Source: Octopus bimaculoides (Eukaryota). Taken from it: 64,000 bases of DNA. Below the pieces are notes generated by a model. The model saw only the letters and a program-made list of their open reading frames with translations, made no database searches and was not told the origin of the DNA. The position numbers were made by a program, and so were the translations under genes. Position 1 is the stretch's first letter; every line of letters starts with the position of its first letter. Below are positions 1 to 14,169 of this stretch, one piece after another. The stretch is from assembly GCF_001194135.2 (NCBI RefSeq), contig NC_068981.1:86660389-86724388 (forward strand), given 5' to 3'.

Positions 1-195
1 GATAAATTTTACATTCCCACAATCTTTCCCAAGATTTTATTCTAACTCAGCATGCAAACACTAAAAATTCACCAATTGCTTGTTGATTGTTAAGTTCTAG
101 TTCAAAGGTATATCGTATGATTGACTGAGTAATAGACAGATAGATAGAGGTGGTAGAAACAAGGAGAGATAAACCATATAGTATGTATGTATGCA

Positions 196-239
<44 letters not shown>

Positions 240-1139
240 TTAGAATTTGTTTTTACTCATAATAATGAAATATATATTACCTAGTACAATAACTGATGTG
301 TAAATTACAAGGAACCAGATGTATTTTTACTAAACATATATTGCAGCATACTTGAATTATATGCGGTCTGGTTAACTGCTATATGCGTTAATAATTTTAT
401 TAAAGAAAGGCTGGTTGTAATTTCCAGGAAAGTAGGTCCTTCTATTTAGAGAATAGAGACATTCGGAATTTATTTGAAATTATTCTTTTGCGTAGTTCTA
501 AGCATTTAAGATACACATGCTTGTGAGTGTGTATCTTTTTCATCCGTCATTTATTGAACTCACTCAAAACTTCCTATTCAAGTACATCTTGACAACAGAT
601 ATCATAAAATAATATTAAATAAAAAAAAAAATTATTATTATTTTAATCTTTAAGCATTTAAGGAAGCTGCGGACAATATAAATTATGCTCGCTCCAGTTT
701 TGGAAGAGAAACTTCTCTTCGAAAAACAGCAGTTGAATTACATGGCGAAACTATTCCATACATCGTCTATAGTTATTTATCGTATCGCTTTTAACATACC
801 TTTTCACACATTCCTTGAAGCAACTCACTACCAAAATTAATGTGAAATATAAATAAAAATTCTTTATTCCTATTTCGTCACCGCATTACGTTTTTTAAAG
901 CGCAGTTTCGATTGAAATATGTACCTCAGACATTACAGTTTATAACCATAATTGGGTTCAAGAAAGAAAGCAACTAGTGGTCTACGATCGAGATCACAAA
1001 CTTTTCAGCCTTGACCACATTTTGTATATCCAGGTCAATATGTGTCCTTCTTTTAATATCTAAGGGATACACACACACTTGGCTGTTATTTCTAGCAAGA
1101 GAGACCACGTAAGGCTTTGCTCGTTACCCCTCAGTCCCG

Positions 1140-1238
1140 GCGGATAAACTTTTCACCCTTTATTAAAATGTTTTAATCGCAAGTATAATTTGCGTAAGTT
1201 ATTTATAAACTCAGGCAACGTCAAGTACTTGCTGCTAG
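1140..1238 (+). mobile_element. Possible Helitron 3' terminus (non-autonomous)
   Basis: Ends ...GGCAACGTCAAGTACTTGCTG-CTAG|T, resembling a decayed GC-rich subterminal motif plus the CTAG-T end of Helitrons. The 5' end was not identified. Confidence 0.3.
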
Positions 1239-1399
1239 TTTTAATAATTAAGGGTTTAAACAACCGTGTTATTTGGGGTTACGATGGGAACAAAGACAGA
1301 CGTTCGTATTATGTATAGATACGGTAGCAGCCGTATCCGAGAGAAACTTAGGTTTGACTTGTTAACAAAATACAGTTGTATAGAAATAATTATGCAAAC

Positions 1400-1990
1400 C
1401 TTACTAAGCATCCAACTATAAATGTGAACTGATTTCTAAGTATTATTAAATGATTTGTGTGCATACCCACACTTACGAATTTCCTGGGATTTCAGAAAAT
1501 ACTTGCACATATTAAAGACAAGCATCCACAGAAAGGAAGAGAGCTTGAAAGATACTATATACCCAGGTTAAATTCCCCACTGGATGTGGGTATTTATTAC
1601 GAAGATTAGAATCTAGTGGGTGGAATCTATGACATACGAACTAGTAACTGACCCAGTAACCAAATTAACTTAGCACGTTTTAGCTTTAAAAACTTGCTTA
1701 GAACTTTAAAAAAAATAATATCAGCTATATTAAACAATAAAATTCTTTACTTATTTAAATTTACCTTTACAATTCTCCTGATTGTAATATCCTGGTTATG
1801 CTGGTTTGCAGTAAATATACGGTTTTTAAGTAGTAAACACATACAAAGCATGCACTATGCAACCTATATAAATATATACGAAGAGCTTTGATATCAACAA
1901 AATGTTAGACTTTTATATTGTTAATATCTCGGGTCATCTCAACCTTGTTCCCATGATAGGAGGCAGTCGTAGTTATAACATTTGTTCGTG
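1400..1990 (-). mobile_element. Heavily decayed Penelope-like RT remnant
   Basis: Minus-strand translation across frameshifts gives weak PLE-like fragments (DIKAL..., ADII, VFNMCKYFLKSQEIRK, similar to the thumb 'RAFNICS..F..E'). Many stops. Confidence 0.3.
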
Positions 1991-2399
1991 AAGAAAGCCA
2001 TATCGGCCCATCTTTTTTCCTTAATTATTTAAAACTTTTAAAGTTAGCAATTATAATGTTTCTTAAAATATTTTTACCATCAACTTTTTAACAAAATTAC
2101 CCTAACTGTTTGTATGGTTCCATTTATGTTAATTGCATCATTTATGTTTATTCCCTTTACCCAAAGGCCTCAATCGGTCAGGGTGACCGTGTATCAGCAT
2201 ATGTGTGCTTAGGCGTACGCAAGATGTATGTGTGTATGTTCAGGAGACTGGCAGTTGCCTATGCACATTCGTGACCCTTCTGCGACCGAGAAAGTCACAG
2301 CTTGGCATCAGTGTCATCACAATCATTGCTGTCAGAATGCAAAAGGTCGAAACATACTGCCAACAGTTTGATAATCTTGTTTTTTGTATTTTTACTGAT

Positions 2400-2500
2400 C
2401 CTGAATGGATGAAAAACAAAGTTAACCTCGGCGAGATTTGAACTCAGAATGCAGAAAGTTACAACAAATAAGCGCTCTAAGGATTTCACCAATTCGCCAC
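2400..2500 (-). mobile_element. SINE family B fragment (tRNA-related head)
   Basis: Matches the reverse complement of GGCGAGCTGGCAGAA...TTCTGAGTTCAAATTCCGCCGAGGTCGACTTTGCCTTTCATCC seen in the intact copy at 55398-55625. Confidence 0.55.
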
Positions 2501-2896
2501 CTTTCTTTTTTCTACCTTTTGATATTATGATATTTGAATAATTTCCCGCAAGTTTCCTAATTGTAGGGTAAATCTTGAGAGAGTGCAACACTTCCAAGTT
2601 GTCACACTGCAACTCATATAATTAATATTCTATATCAGAGCGTGCAGCATGGTCCTAGCAAAGTGGAGACATTGAGTGTGTGCGTGCATGCATCTATCTA
2701 TCTATCCACACATACACACACGCAAGCACATAGGTGCAAAACAAAATGCAGAAGATATGCAAACACAAAAGATAGAGTAAACTATTGATTAGCTGAAAGT
2801 GAAAAGACTCACTTTCATGTAACCGATCATCTGACAGTTGTGAGTTGTACTAAACATTCATTTAAAATCATGGCGCAAGTTTGCAAAAGAAACGAT

Positions 2897-3010
2897 AAAA
2901 TAAATACCAGACTATAAAAAAAAAATCTTAAGTACTGGGGGTATGTGTTAAACTAAACCCTTCAAGGTAGTGCCAAGCATGGCCGCAGTCCAAAGACATA
3001 AAACTCGTAA
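2897..3010 (+). mobile_element. SINE family A 3' fragment
   Basis: ...AAGTACTGGGG...AAGGTAGTGCCAAGCATGGCCGCAGTC... matches the 3' half of the family A copies. Confidence 0.55.
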
Positions 3011-3419
3011 ACATACTATATATAAATAAATAAATATATACATATTACACACATATATTACGTATATATATATATATATATTATATATATGTAATATATA
3101 TATTATATATATCATATTCATTATATATATATATTATATACATATATTATATATATCTATATTATATATATATATATANNNNNNNNNNAGGTAGTGCCAA
3201 GCATGGCCGCAGTCCAAAGACATAAAACTCGTAAACATACTATATATAAATAAATAAATATATACATATTACACACATATATTACGTATATATATATATA
3301 TATATTATATATATGTAATATATATATTATATATATCATATTCATTATATATATATATTATATACATATATATTTATATTAGATATATACATATATATAA
3401 TATATATATATATATATAC

Positions 3420-3716
3420 TATAGCCACGGGCTGACCGGAGCCTTGTAAGTGGATTTGCTAGTCTAGACGAAAACTGAAAGAAACCCGCTGTGCGTGTGT
3501 AAATACACGCACACACATAATGTGCGCACGCGCTTGTCTTTTCCCCATCACCACTTGACAACCAGTATTGGTGTTTTTACGACCCCATAACTTAGCGGTT
3601 ACGCGAAAGAACTCAATAAAATAAGTACCAGGCTTTCAATAAAAACAAGTACTGGTGTTGATTCGTCCGACTAAAATTCAAGGCGGTGTCCCAGCATGGC
3701 CGCAATCTAATGACAG
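3420..3716 (+). mobile_element. SINE family A (5'-truncated)
   Basis: GCCTTGTAAGTGGATTTG...AAACTGAAAGAA, an internal simple repeat, then CTTGACAACC...AACTTAGCGGTT...CCAGCATGGCCGCA. Confidence 0.7.
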
Positions 3717-5253
3717 ACGGTTAAAAAGTTTACTTTATAACCGTGAGTTATCCAGTTCGTGACATCCTGGGATTATATATAATTTTCGACAGAGTGAAAA
3801 TTGTTTTGAAGCCCGTTGGGTTTTATTGTACCAGGAATTCAAAATGTATAATCTAATGTAATTCCGAGAATTACATTAAGGATTTACGTGTCAGTTGAAT
3901 GCTCAGCCTTATGAGCAGAAAATACAACAACGATAAAACAAAAAACAAAACCAGGTATGTGGGTCGAGCCTAGTCTCTTTCCACTGATTGCCAGAATCCT
4001 CTATCTACGACGACGACCGTCACGAACATGCCAAACTGTATTAAATGTCATCTAAATAAAGTTGTGTCGGGAGAGGCGTGTTATAAATACTTCCTTATAA
4101 AACATGCTATTTATTTTTATCGAGTCAGCTCTGCTGGTCAAGCTGACGGAGGGTTAAACAACAACAAATGATCAAATAGATTATGTTTTAATTACTTACT
4201 GTCTATTTCAAGTGTAATTTTACAGAGATACATTTTCGAAGGTAGGATGATGGTCATGTTGATGAAATTTTTATTTTATTTATTGTTGGCGTGGCGATTA
4301 AACCATTCAATAACTTGCTCATATTGCACACTATGTATGACATTATTTTGATTGATACTAATTATTAATTTTCAACACGAAATTGAAAGGCGCGATTAAA
4401 AAAAATTGTCTACGTTCTGCATACTTACAAACCGAAAGCATTCAGGGGTAAGACTTCAACGCAAAAATGTTACTTTTTTAAATCGTGTTTTCCACTTTTA
4501 TGTTGATCATGAATAATATATATCATGATATCACAGATTTTAAAAAATTTATTTTTATGTTGTGCGATGATCATGAGCAAGTTGTATGACTTAAAAGGTA
4601 TGAACTTCTTTAACCAATAAAAGAAAAAAAAATCCTATTCCCCCACAAATAAAAATTATCAACATAATTGTCACGTACACCTTTAAAAGCAGCTCTGCAA
4701 AACTACAATAAAAAATATGCATTATTAAAAAAGTTATACGGAGACAAAGTTGAAGTGAGGGACACCCAAGTAGCTATTATGCAAACAAGCAGGCTTTCCT
4801 TTATTAACTACCTCACCACATATGTTTATATAAAGTGACAAAATAAAAATTGTAATTCGATATCTTTTTTTATAATATATACAAAAGGTCGATCGGATGT
4901 TTAAGACAAAAAAATTACACGACATAGAAACAAATCGGGTTTTATTCGATGTTCACTCACTAATATTGTATTAATATGATCGGAAGAAATATCTGACGCA
5001 ATGTTAACCAAAACATTAACGATTTTTTAAAACTCTACACGTGGTTAGTATTTGAGTGTACTTCGTACTCTTAACTGATAGAGCCATAAATATCTGAAAA
5101 GAATTGTGTTGCTATCTGCCAATGTGTGACTATTTCGTACCATTTCGCTTTTCTGAAAAACTGGGTGGGCTTCTTTGGTAGTATATGCACATCTAGCTGG
5201 TTCAGCATAAATAAACCCAATAACTTTCTAAAAATAATATAAACCAAAATTTC

Positions 5254-5298
<45 letters not shown>

Positions 5299-5638
5299 CA
5301 TACATATACATACATACATATGTACACATACATATGTACACACACATATGTACACATGTATATGCATTTTATATATATACACACACACACACACACACAT
5401 ATATATGTAAGAATATACATACATATATATGTGTGTGTGTGTAAACATACACGTATGTATATGCCTACTTTACAGAGACGCTACGATTACGACAATAGTT
5501 AATAGGGAAAGCAGTATAACCTTTATATATATATATATATAAAAAACCCTCCTTTGACTAAAACAACCTGCTCTGTCGTCGGTACGTGAAACAAATTAAA
5601 GAGGATAGTGACAACGAAAAACGCATATAACCAGTTAT

Positions 5639-5675
<37 letters not shown>

Positions 5676-8600
5676 CGAAATTTTACATCTGCTTCTCATG
5701 GCTACACAAATACATACACACACACACACGAAAAAATATATATATATTATATATATATATATATATATGCATACATAAACATACCACACACACGTATGTG
5801 TGTTATTTAAAACTGAGCACACTGAGTCCGACAGTTGTTAGATTTGTTTATTTTAATAAAACATTAACATTCCTACTTTTTAGTTCTTTATTGTAAATGG
5901 CATAATGATGTTCGTATGAACAGATAACACAATGATTGTGTGTGTGTAAATGTGTTTAAATAAACTTGTGTGTATAAAATTTTTATTCATGTACAAAAGA
6001 ATTTTTAAAATGAGCTTTTCTTAGCTTCTCTTGTGTCGGAAATAGAACAGACACGCAAGTAATCTGTCATGCCAAGAAACGTGTAAAAAACAAATGACAT
6101 CTAATTATTTTATTACTGGATATTTTTGAAGAAGGGCAGGATGTCTACAAAGGAGGAAAAAAATCCTTTTTTTTTTTGTGGGGGTGATCTTTGGTTTTAC
6201 GCAGATATATGTACCTAAAATCCAAAATCACCTTTTTGTTTTAATTGAAAAATAGCTCTTTGTACTGATTGAAACCATTCCACATATATACAAAATGATG
6301 GATAGGCAAATTAGTAAGGATTCAGGTGAATATCTGTGTATAAATGGTTATTTTAATATTAATTAGCACTTTTTGTTAGTTTGTTATTTAATTATTACAG
6401 AAGCAGTTAAGTTAAGAGTTTTCAAATACTGTAGTATTTAAATTTATTAAAGAAAGACTCCTTTTTTTCTTATTATTCAAAATAATCCACAGAAATAAAT
6501 ACAATACACACAAAACTTTTCTCTTATTTCAAACAGCCAAAAACCTGACAATGTTCTTATCAAGCGAGGACAAAATTCCTACGAAAGGAAACAGCTAAAT
6601 GACACCCTGAGGCATAGACTTAAAAATCCACTTCAGATTGTGTATATATATATATATGTATATATATGCATTCACACACACAAATTTAAACGATTTCAAA
6701 TATTGCACATGCTTCGCTATATCACGTTGCGCGTCGACATGTATAAAAAAAAAATACTATTGTATCTAAGCGGTCATGCTTTATTTCACACAACTCTGTT
6801 CCATAAGAACAGAACAGTTTCAGCAATCACCTGTATCATCTCGAAGGTGTAACAATCAACGAGTGTTTAGTTTGTAAATATTTGGCGAGAATAACCTAAT
6901 AAAAACAATGACTTCACCGTGTCAACAAATAAATAAAAATATATAAAAGCGCTTCGGTTTGACCGATATTATTGAGAGCTGCTAGGCACTGAAACAACTA
7001 CAACTGGGAATCGAAATCAGGTCGTGCATTCTATTTAGAGAATAAGCAACAATTTCATTTCATTTCAAAACAAGGGACAGACTCAAGTAGCTTATTCTAC
7101 ACAACTTGCATACAAAAGGAAAAAAAAAAAACGAATACGTAACTGGGTAAAGATTTTGTAAGAAATACGTATAAACATAATATTGTTGATAATAAATATT
7201 TCCTCATGATAATATTGTTGATAAATATTTTCTCATCTAGTTCGTCAGATTTTGTCTCCGCTTAACATATTTTTTTGTGTTTAGTATAACTCTAATGTAA
7301 ACACAAAATAACCATTCTCTAATGATCCTAACCTGGGGAAAGTATAAGTTTTTGAATTTAGAACAAAATATTTTTACAAATAAATAAGCATAGTATAAAA
7401 TATTTTCTTGCAAAATGAAAACTGAAAATTATCAATCTTTTTTTACCCTCTAAACAGCTTAATCTCTTTGTAGGTTGATCAAACTAATTCATATACTGGT
7501 AATTATTTTATCGATCATGAAAAAAAAGTATCAAAAACAGTATATAGAAGAACTGATTTATTTACTCTGACCCGCAAACGTTCCTATCAACACATAGTTC
7601 TTACTAGTAAATGTACTGAAAGTCATTAACATGGAAAGAAAACAACAGATAATCGTACATAATCCAATAAGGAAATATGAATTGAGATAGATCTACGCAG
7701 GAAGAAATCAATTAAATTCTGCAATTACTCCATGCGGTGTAGAATGGAACAAGTACCGAATTGTTTCATGCCATAAAGAGATATCGCTTTAAGGGGTAAT
7801 ATTCCTTTTTTGTAAAAATAGAATATATAATAAATCAACCTCATTACATTATTGACATTTATTTGAACTAAATGGGCTAAGACACAAGTTAAACGTATGT
7901 ATATATGTAACAGGATTATTGAAAAGTATCTTTCAGATGGATCCCCTAAATGTTTAACGCTTACCAGAGGTGCGCAATTCAACAGTAACTAGCATTACTA
8001 TTTACAGAAATAGAATAACACGTGGTAGAATTAGTTAAAAGACAGCGCTAACAATTTATGTAATTTTCTGGTGTCTTTTTACTTCTCTTGTTAAGAATAG
8101 TTTTAATGTGAATATATATAAATATACATACATACCACATGGTAATAATAATAATTGTTTTTAAAGACAATGTAGATGTAATTAAATGAAATTTGTATTT
8201 TCCCAATAAAATAAGTAACTAAACAATTTTAATATTTCAAAAGTAATAAGAAGTTGAAAAATTATATATGAAATCAACTTTAACTGTAAGAAAAGACAAT
8301 GACATTGAAGAAAGAGAAAAATGCGATTTCAGTACCTTTAGACAGTATCAAAACAATGAAACATAATTGCTCAATGAATGTAGGTAACCAATAAAAATTA
8401 GCAATCGATATAATTGAGTGGTGGAATTGAGAAATGGAAAAGTAGCGAACTAACCTCCTTACAATATTTAAAATCGTCTACATGCAGGGAAAGTGAGATG
8501 TCTTTCTTTGCTTTTCAAAACTGCGATTCGATATTAAAATACCACTTATATAACAGTGATTGATTAAATCAATTTTACACTACACTTCCAAAAACAGTGA

Positions 8601-10264
8601 TTTACTACATTATTTTAACTCAAAAGAAGAATTAAACAGACATGTATATCTCTTATCGTTACACGTTTTTAATATTTGTTCATTTGTTGTTACCTCAAAC
8701 GGTGCCGATTCAGCTGACCGAAGACCCAAAGCATTCCAAGCGTGACCACCTCATCTTTTGTCTATGTATATTTACACCATGGAATACGTAATCCACATGT
8801 AATTTTTTTTAATGAAGACGGTAGGATGTGATTTTAGGGAGATTTTGGAGCTAATTTTAGCAGGAGGGGCAACAACGAAGACGATCCTTCGAGGGCTCCT
8901 ATTACGCAAATGTCTATTCGTTATACTAACGTTTATTATTGAATGAATATAGTTATCGTAGGAAGTTTTTTTTAGGATAACAGCCAATTACGAAGATTAG
9001 TATAAGAACATTCAGAAAAAAATCATCGTTATTTAAAATTAATGTAAACATTTAACTACGAACTGACATAATCTTCAGCTGTACTACATATACACCTAGC
9101 AAACTATTTGTAAATATACATATGGCTGTGAATGTACATATACACATATATCAAGCATGTACTACGAGGAAAGCAGTGTTAATAAATTGTCAACACAAAG
9201 CCTTATCACTATGATAGAATGTATAAAGATATGTAAAAATATGTATGTACACATTATATATACATATATTTATATATATACACACATACACACACAACTA
9301 AATATCATCCTTTTATGCTTGCTTTCATAGCTGTCACGGTTAGTGACGGGTAGTCAGTTGGAATCAGCATATATTCAGAGTTTCTGTGCTCACCCAGACG
9401 TGTCAAAGGACCGCATGTCACTTTCGGCCTGGTGTCTAGTGGTAGATGCCCTTACAAACACAAATCAGTGTATAGAGTGTATTTGGTGCATTATTTTGTG
9501 ACACCATCGCAAGAGAGGTAACCATGCCCACCACAAGATTAAAAGGTCCTCTCGACCTTATGTCACTGCTTGCTTGCAAACTACTTCACAGTGAGAAAGG
9601 AATGACTGATGGAGGCGGCAGTAATAGACGACAGAGGGACAAGGTTTAGGGATATTCAATATTCTTAGACACAGACATAGATGTACATGTAAAGTAACAT
9701 GACTAAGAGAATAGAGTGATAACAGAATGCAATGTGACTCAGGCGACATAGCAATGACAGAAGAAGGGCTAGGATGTGTGGACGAAAAAGGAACAAGAAA
9801 ATAATGGCAGACAAAATGGGATGAAGTTAATGACTGGAGGTACAACAGCAGAGGATGTGTGTGTATGTTTGCATATATTTACATATATATGTATTTATAT
9901 ATATACATGTGTATATGTATATATATATATATATATATTTGCATATATATGTATGTGTGTGTTCCTGTCTTGTTTTTTGTCCGCCACTACATTCCTCCAT
10001 GGCAAGATTTAATTTGTGTATACAAATTTAATTTGCTGTCCATGGGAAGAGCCGTTTTAATGATGCGTCCTGCCTAGCTCTTCGAAATGCCGGTGTTAAA
10101 ACGGAGGTAGCTGATGAAGTAGAATGTTCTCTATGTGGCTTGTGTGTTTTCCCGTCTACGTTTTGTTTGCAATGTCCTGTACCCAGATATGCACCTATAC
10201 ATAAAGGTGGATGTCGGTACGCACATACCTGTACGTATATATGCATATACTCATTTACTATTTG

Positions 10265-10295
<31 letters not shown>

Positions 10296-10309
10296 GGCTN
10301 NNNNNNNNN

Positions 10310-10345
<36 letters not shown>

Positions 10346-11383
10346 GCTGCCTTTAACTTTTGGTGACTTCCCTCATAAGACCACACTGACTCACTCAAAG
10401 GGTCACTTTGACAGACCACCTTCTCTATATTACTTTATCTTTTCCCCACCTCACTGAACCACCCTGGCCCATTTTGCCCCTGTGAAATCAGCTCTTGTCA
10501 GGACCACCTTAATTTACTCTTTTTCCACTCTGCTGTGCCTTGTTGGACCATTTTATTTCACTTCAACATTGAACCCTTTTGCAGGGACAATTTTTGGGGA
10601 CAGACCATTATGCACAGTTCATTTTTGTATGGACCATTTCTTCCTCTCCTTCCTAAACATCTTCACCCCACAGGTCATTGGCACCGATTTTATGGTTGAT
10701 TCTAGTGCATTCTATTATTATCTATATCACTGTTGTAATGTATGTTGCCACTACTGAGCGATTCACTTATTAATGATTTGCCAGTTGTCACTGTTATTTT
10801 GATCAGGATTCAGAATCTGATTATTATTATTAATATTACTATTAATTTCATGTTCCATTATTGCTTATTATTATCATCATTATTATTATTATTATTATTA
10901 TTATTTGTGCCAAAATTTGGAGCCATTATAATTATTTTTATTATTATTACTATGAGTCCTATCTAAACCAACTTAGCAGGTTACCTATACTTACATTTCA
11001 GTTTTCCGTTCTTAAATCATTCGATTCTATGTAAATCTCGACACTTCATGACTGTCTTTGTATTATCCCCTTCATTCAGTGCCCTGGTGGCAAATACAAC
11101 AAATCATCATCATCATCATCATTATTATTACCACAATTCTTTATTTTGGTACTAATGTGATCATTATTATAATAATTATCATTAATAGAATCTTCATTTT
11201 TATTTCGTTCAATTCTTCTCATTATTATTGCTCTTATTTATTACTGCTACTTATTTCAGTGGTATCATTACTATCAACTGGTATTATCAAGATTAGTTTT
11301 AACCAGTATTTGTTATCATCATAGGTAATATTTGTAATTTTTTTTTTTTATCAGCTACCTTTAATCATTTATTATTATTATTA

Positions 11384-12245
11384 CCAAGGTTAAGGCGGCG
11401 AACTGGCGGAATTGTTAGCATACTGGACGAAACGCTTAGCGGTATTTCGCCCGTCACTATGTTCTGAGTTCAAATTGTGCCAAAGTCGACTTTACCTTTC
11501 ATCCTTTCAGGGTCAATAAATTAAGTACCAGTTGAGTATTGGGGTCAATGTAATCGACTATCCCCCTCCCCCAAATCTGCTTGTGCCTATAATACCAAGG
11601 ATTATTACCAAGGTTAAGGTGGCAGTATTCCATCTATATTTACATTTCCGAGTTCAAATTCTGCTGAGGCAAACTTTGCTTTTTGTACTTTCGGTAGTCA
11701 ATAAAATAAATACCAGTTGAACACTGGAGACTATGTAATTGACTTACCCACTCCCTCAAAATTGCTGGCTTTGTGCCAAAACGTGAAACCATTATTGTTA
11801 CTAAAGAGGTAAAGGTGGTGAGTCGGTAGAACTGTTAGCATACTGAGCAAAATGCTTAGTGGCATTTCTTTAGCCTTAACATTATGAGTTCAAATTCCGA
11901 GAAGGTCAACTTTATCTTTCATTCTTTCAGGATTGATAAAATATGTACCAGTCAAGTACTGAGGTCGATGTAATTGATTTACCCCATTCCTCCAAAAACT
12001 AATGGCCTTGTGCCAAAATTTGAAACCTTTAAATACTTAGGTAGCAAGCTGGCATAATTGTCAGTGTAGTGGACAAAATATTTAGCAGCATTGCTGCCGG
12101 TGTGAGTTCAAATCCTGCTGATGTCAAGTATACCTTCCATCCTTACAGGTTCAATAAAATAAAGTACCAGTTAAATATCAGAGTCAATGAAAATGACTAA
12201 ACCCTTCCCTCTAAAATTGCTAGTTCTATCTCCAAATTTAAAAAC
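11384..12245 (+). mobile_element. Four head-to-tail SINE family B copies
   Basis: Four ~210-bp units, each with GAGTTCAAAT...CTTTCATCCTTTC...AAGTACCAG...TGTGCC-like motifs, at ~11384, 11608, 11806 and 12040. Confidence 0.8.
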
Positions 12246-12560
12246 CATGTGGCTATGGCAAAAGAGGTTGTGTGGTGGACGAGGCTGAAAGAGTTGAGGA
12301 AAGGTACCTTCCTCTTCAGTCAAGCTCTCATTGACTTTTTTAAGATCCACTTGGAAAGGAAAGGGAGAATGGAAAGTGAAGTGTTAGCTCCTAGTGAATT
12401 TTTGAAAAGATGGGTGACAAAAATGGTTAGAGTGAATGGCCCTATTCTATGCGCCTGTAGATTGGAAAGCAGGAGAAAGGGCTCATAATCAGGGTAATCT
12501 TGGTTCTTGGATCTGTAGGGTTCCTTGATTGACCCCTGGTTGGAGTTTTTCCTGTATCAT
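12246..12560 (+). mobile_element. L1/Tx1-like LINE, 5'-truncated 3' end
   Basis: ORF 12249-12488 (AKEVVWWTRLKELRKGTFLFSQALIDFFKIHLERK...GPIL) is homologous to the minus-strand ORF 45042-45230 and resembles an L1/Tx1 ORF2 C-terminus. Confidence 0.6.
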
Positions 12561-12577
12561 AATATCACATACTTTGT

Positions 12578-12790
12578 ATACTCTTTTACTCTTTTACTTG
12601 TTTCAGTCGTTTGACTGCGGCCATGCTGGGGTACCACCTTTAGTCGAGCAACTCGACCCCAGGACTTATTCTTTGTAAGCCTAGTACTTATTCTATCGGT
12701 CTCTTTTTGCCGAACTGCCAAGTTAGGGGGACGCAAACACACCAGCATCGGTCGTCAAGCGAAACTGGGGGGACAAACACAGACACACAA

Positions 12791-12835
<45 letters not shown>

Positions 12836-12950
12836 CATACGACGGGCTTCTTTCAGTTTCCGTCTACCAAATCCACTCACAAGGCTTTGATCGGCCCGAG
12901 GCTATAGTAGACGACACTTGCCCAAGGTGCCAGGCAGTGGGACTGAACCC
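12578..12950 (-). mobile_element. SINE family A
   Basis: (TACTCTTT)n tail, GACTGCGGCCATGCTGG, an internal (TA)n/(CA)n, ACGACGGGCTTCTTTCAGTTTCCGTCTACCAAATCCACTCACAAGG and the GGGACTGAACCC B-box region. Confidence 0.85.
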
Positions 12951-13114
12951 TATATATACTTTTTTTACTACATTTCACTGTCTTTTCCATTTCTTTCTCC
13001 CTGTCCTTTATGTAAATCCCCATATAAATTGGTGCCTGTTCTTGTGATGTCCCACCCCATCTATGCCCCAGTGACTAATAAAAAAAATTATCATCATCAT
13101 CATTGTTTGTCCAT

Positions 13115-13265
13115 CTTTACATTCTGAGTTCAAATTCCGTTGGGGTTGACTTTGCCTTTCAACCTTTCATGGTCAATAAAATAAGTATCAGTTGAGTACT
13201 GGGGTTGAAGTAATCAACTTACCCACTTCCTCGAAATTGCTGGCCTTGTGCCAAAATTTGAAATT
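13115..13265 (+). mobile_element. SINE family B fragment
   Basis: TTCTGAGTTCAAATTCCG...GACTTTGCCTTTC...CCTTGTGCCAAAATTTGAAA followed by an (ATT)n tail. Confidence 0.7.
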
Positions 13266-14169
13266 ATTATTATTATTATCATTGTTCAACATTTACTAGT
13301 TTCAGGCAAATTTCTACTGCATCACCTGCTATACCTGTGTGTTGCTGGGATGCGTGCAGCATTGTGTGTTTTTCTTTGTTGTTGGGAGTGTGAAAACACT
13401 TCTTCGTATTGTATTGCATCAGTTTTTTGTTGTTGTTATCCTCATCATCATGCTTTCAGAGCCAATGAAATAAGTACCAGTTGAGCACTTTGGTCAATGT
13501 AATTGACTATCTCCCTCCCACAAAATTTCAGGCCTTGTACCTATAATAATTATCATCATAATCATTATTACTGTTATAATTATTAAGACTAATAATACAG
13601 CTAAAAAGGAATAACAATAATAATAAACAATACTAGTTAATGTTTCTAACACAGCAGGTAACAGCAACATCATCATTATAGCAATGGTAGTAAACACACC
13701 TGGAGTAATGGCAATGGAAGTGACATCAATACCTATACTAAACGTTATACTAGTGCAAAGGGAGATAAGGTTGATGATAAGCATAATAATTACAACAATG
13801 GCAATAATAATAATAGGGGAAATAAATATGCTATGCTAAATTAAATAATGGATTACAGGAAATGATGCATTAAAGGACTGTATGAGAAAGAATGGTTAAA
13901 GACATGGTAAAACCTGAGTGATGAAAGTATTAACAAATAATAATAATGATAAGTATTTGGGAAAATAGTTACAAAAGAATAAAGGGATAATCAGAAGGTA
14001 GTAGAGTGGGTATGTAGAAAAGAATATACATAAACTAAAGATACAGAATTGAGATAAAAAAAAAAAGGATAAAAATTTATGCAGAAGATTAAGAAATGAA
14101 TAAATGACAAGAAATCTGTTTATAATTAAGATAGAGTTGTAATGGGCAGCAACAAACAATTCAGAAGCA

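Noticed and set aside
2965-3375. Apparent ~190-bp tandem duplication (2965-3178 versus 3189 onward)
   Set aside because: The two copies are essentially identical and separated by a 10-N gap, typical of unmerged overlapping contigs.
3876-4685. Possible TTAA-flanked (Kolobok/piggyBac-like) element ending CGTACACCTTTAA
   Set aside because: Only one convincing terminus; the candidate left end matches poorly.
5071-5822. IYIY/CVCV/THTH-rich ORFs here and throughout the window
   Set aside because: Translations of (TA)n, (TG)n and (CA)n microsatellites.
8772-8987. CpG-rich ORF or possible exon near the left edge of the CpG-poor domain
   Set aside because: No convincing splice-site pair and no recognisable protein motif in any frame.
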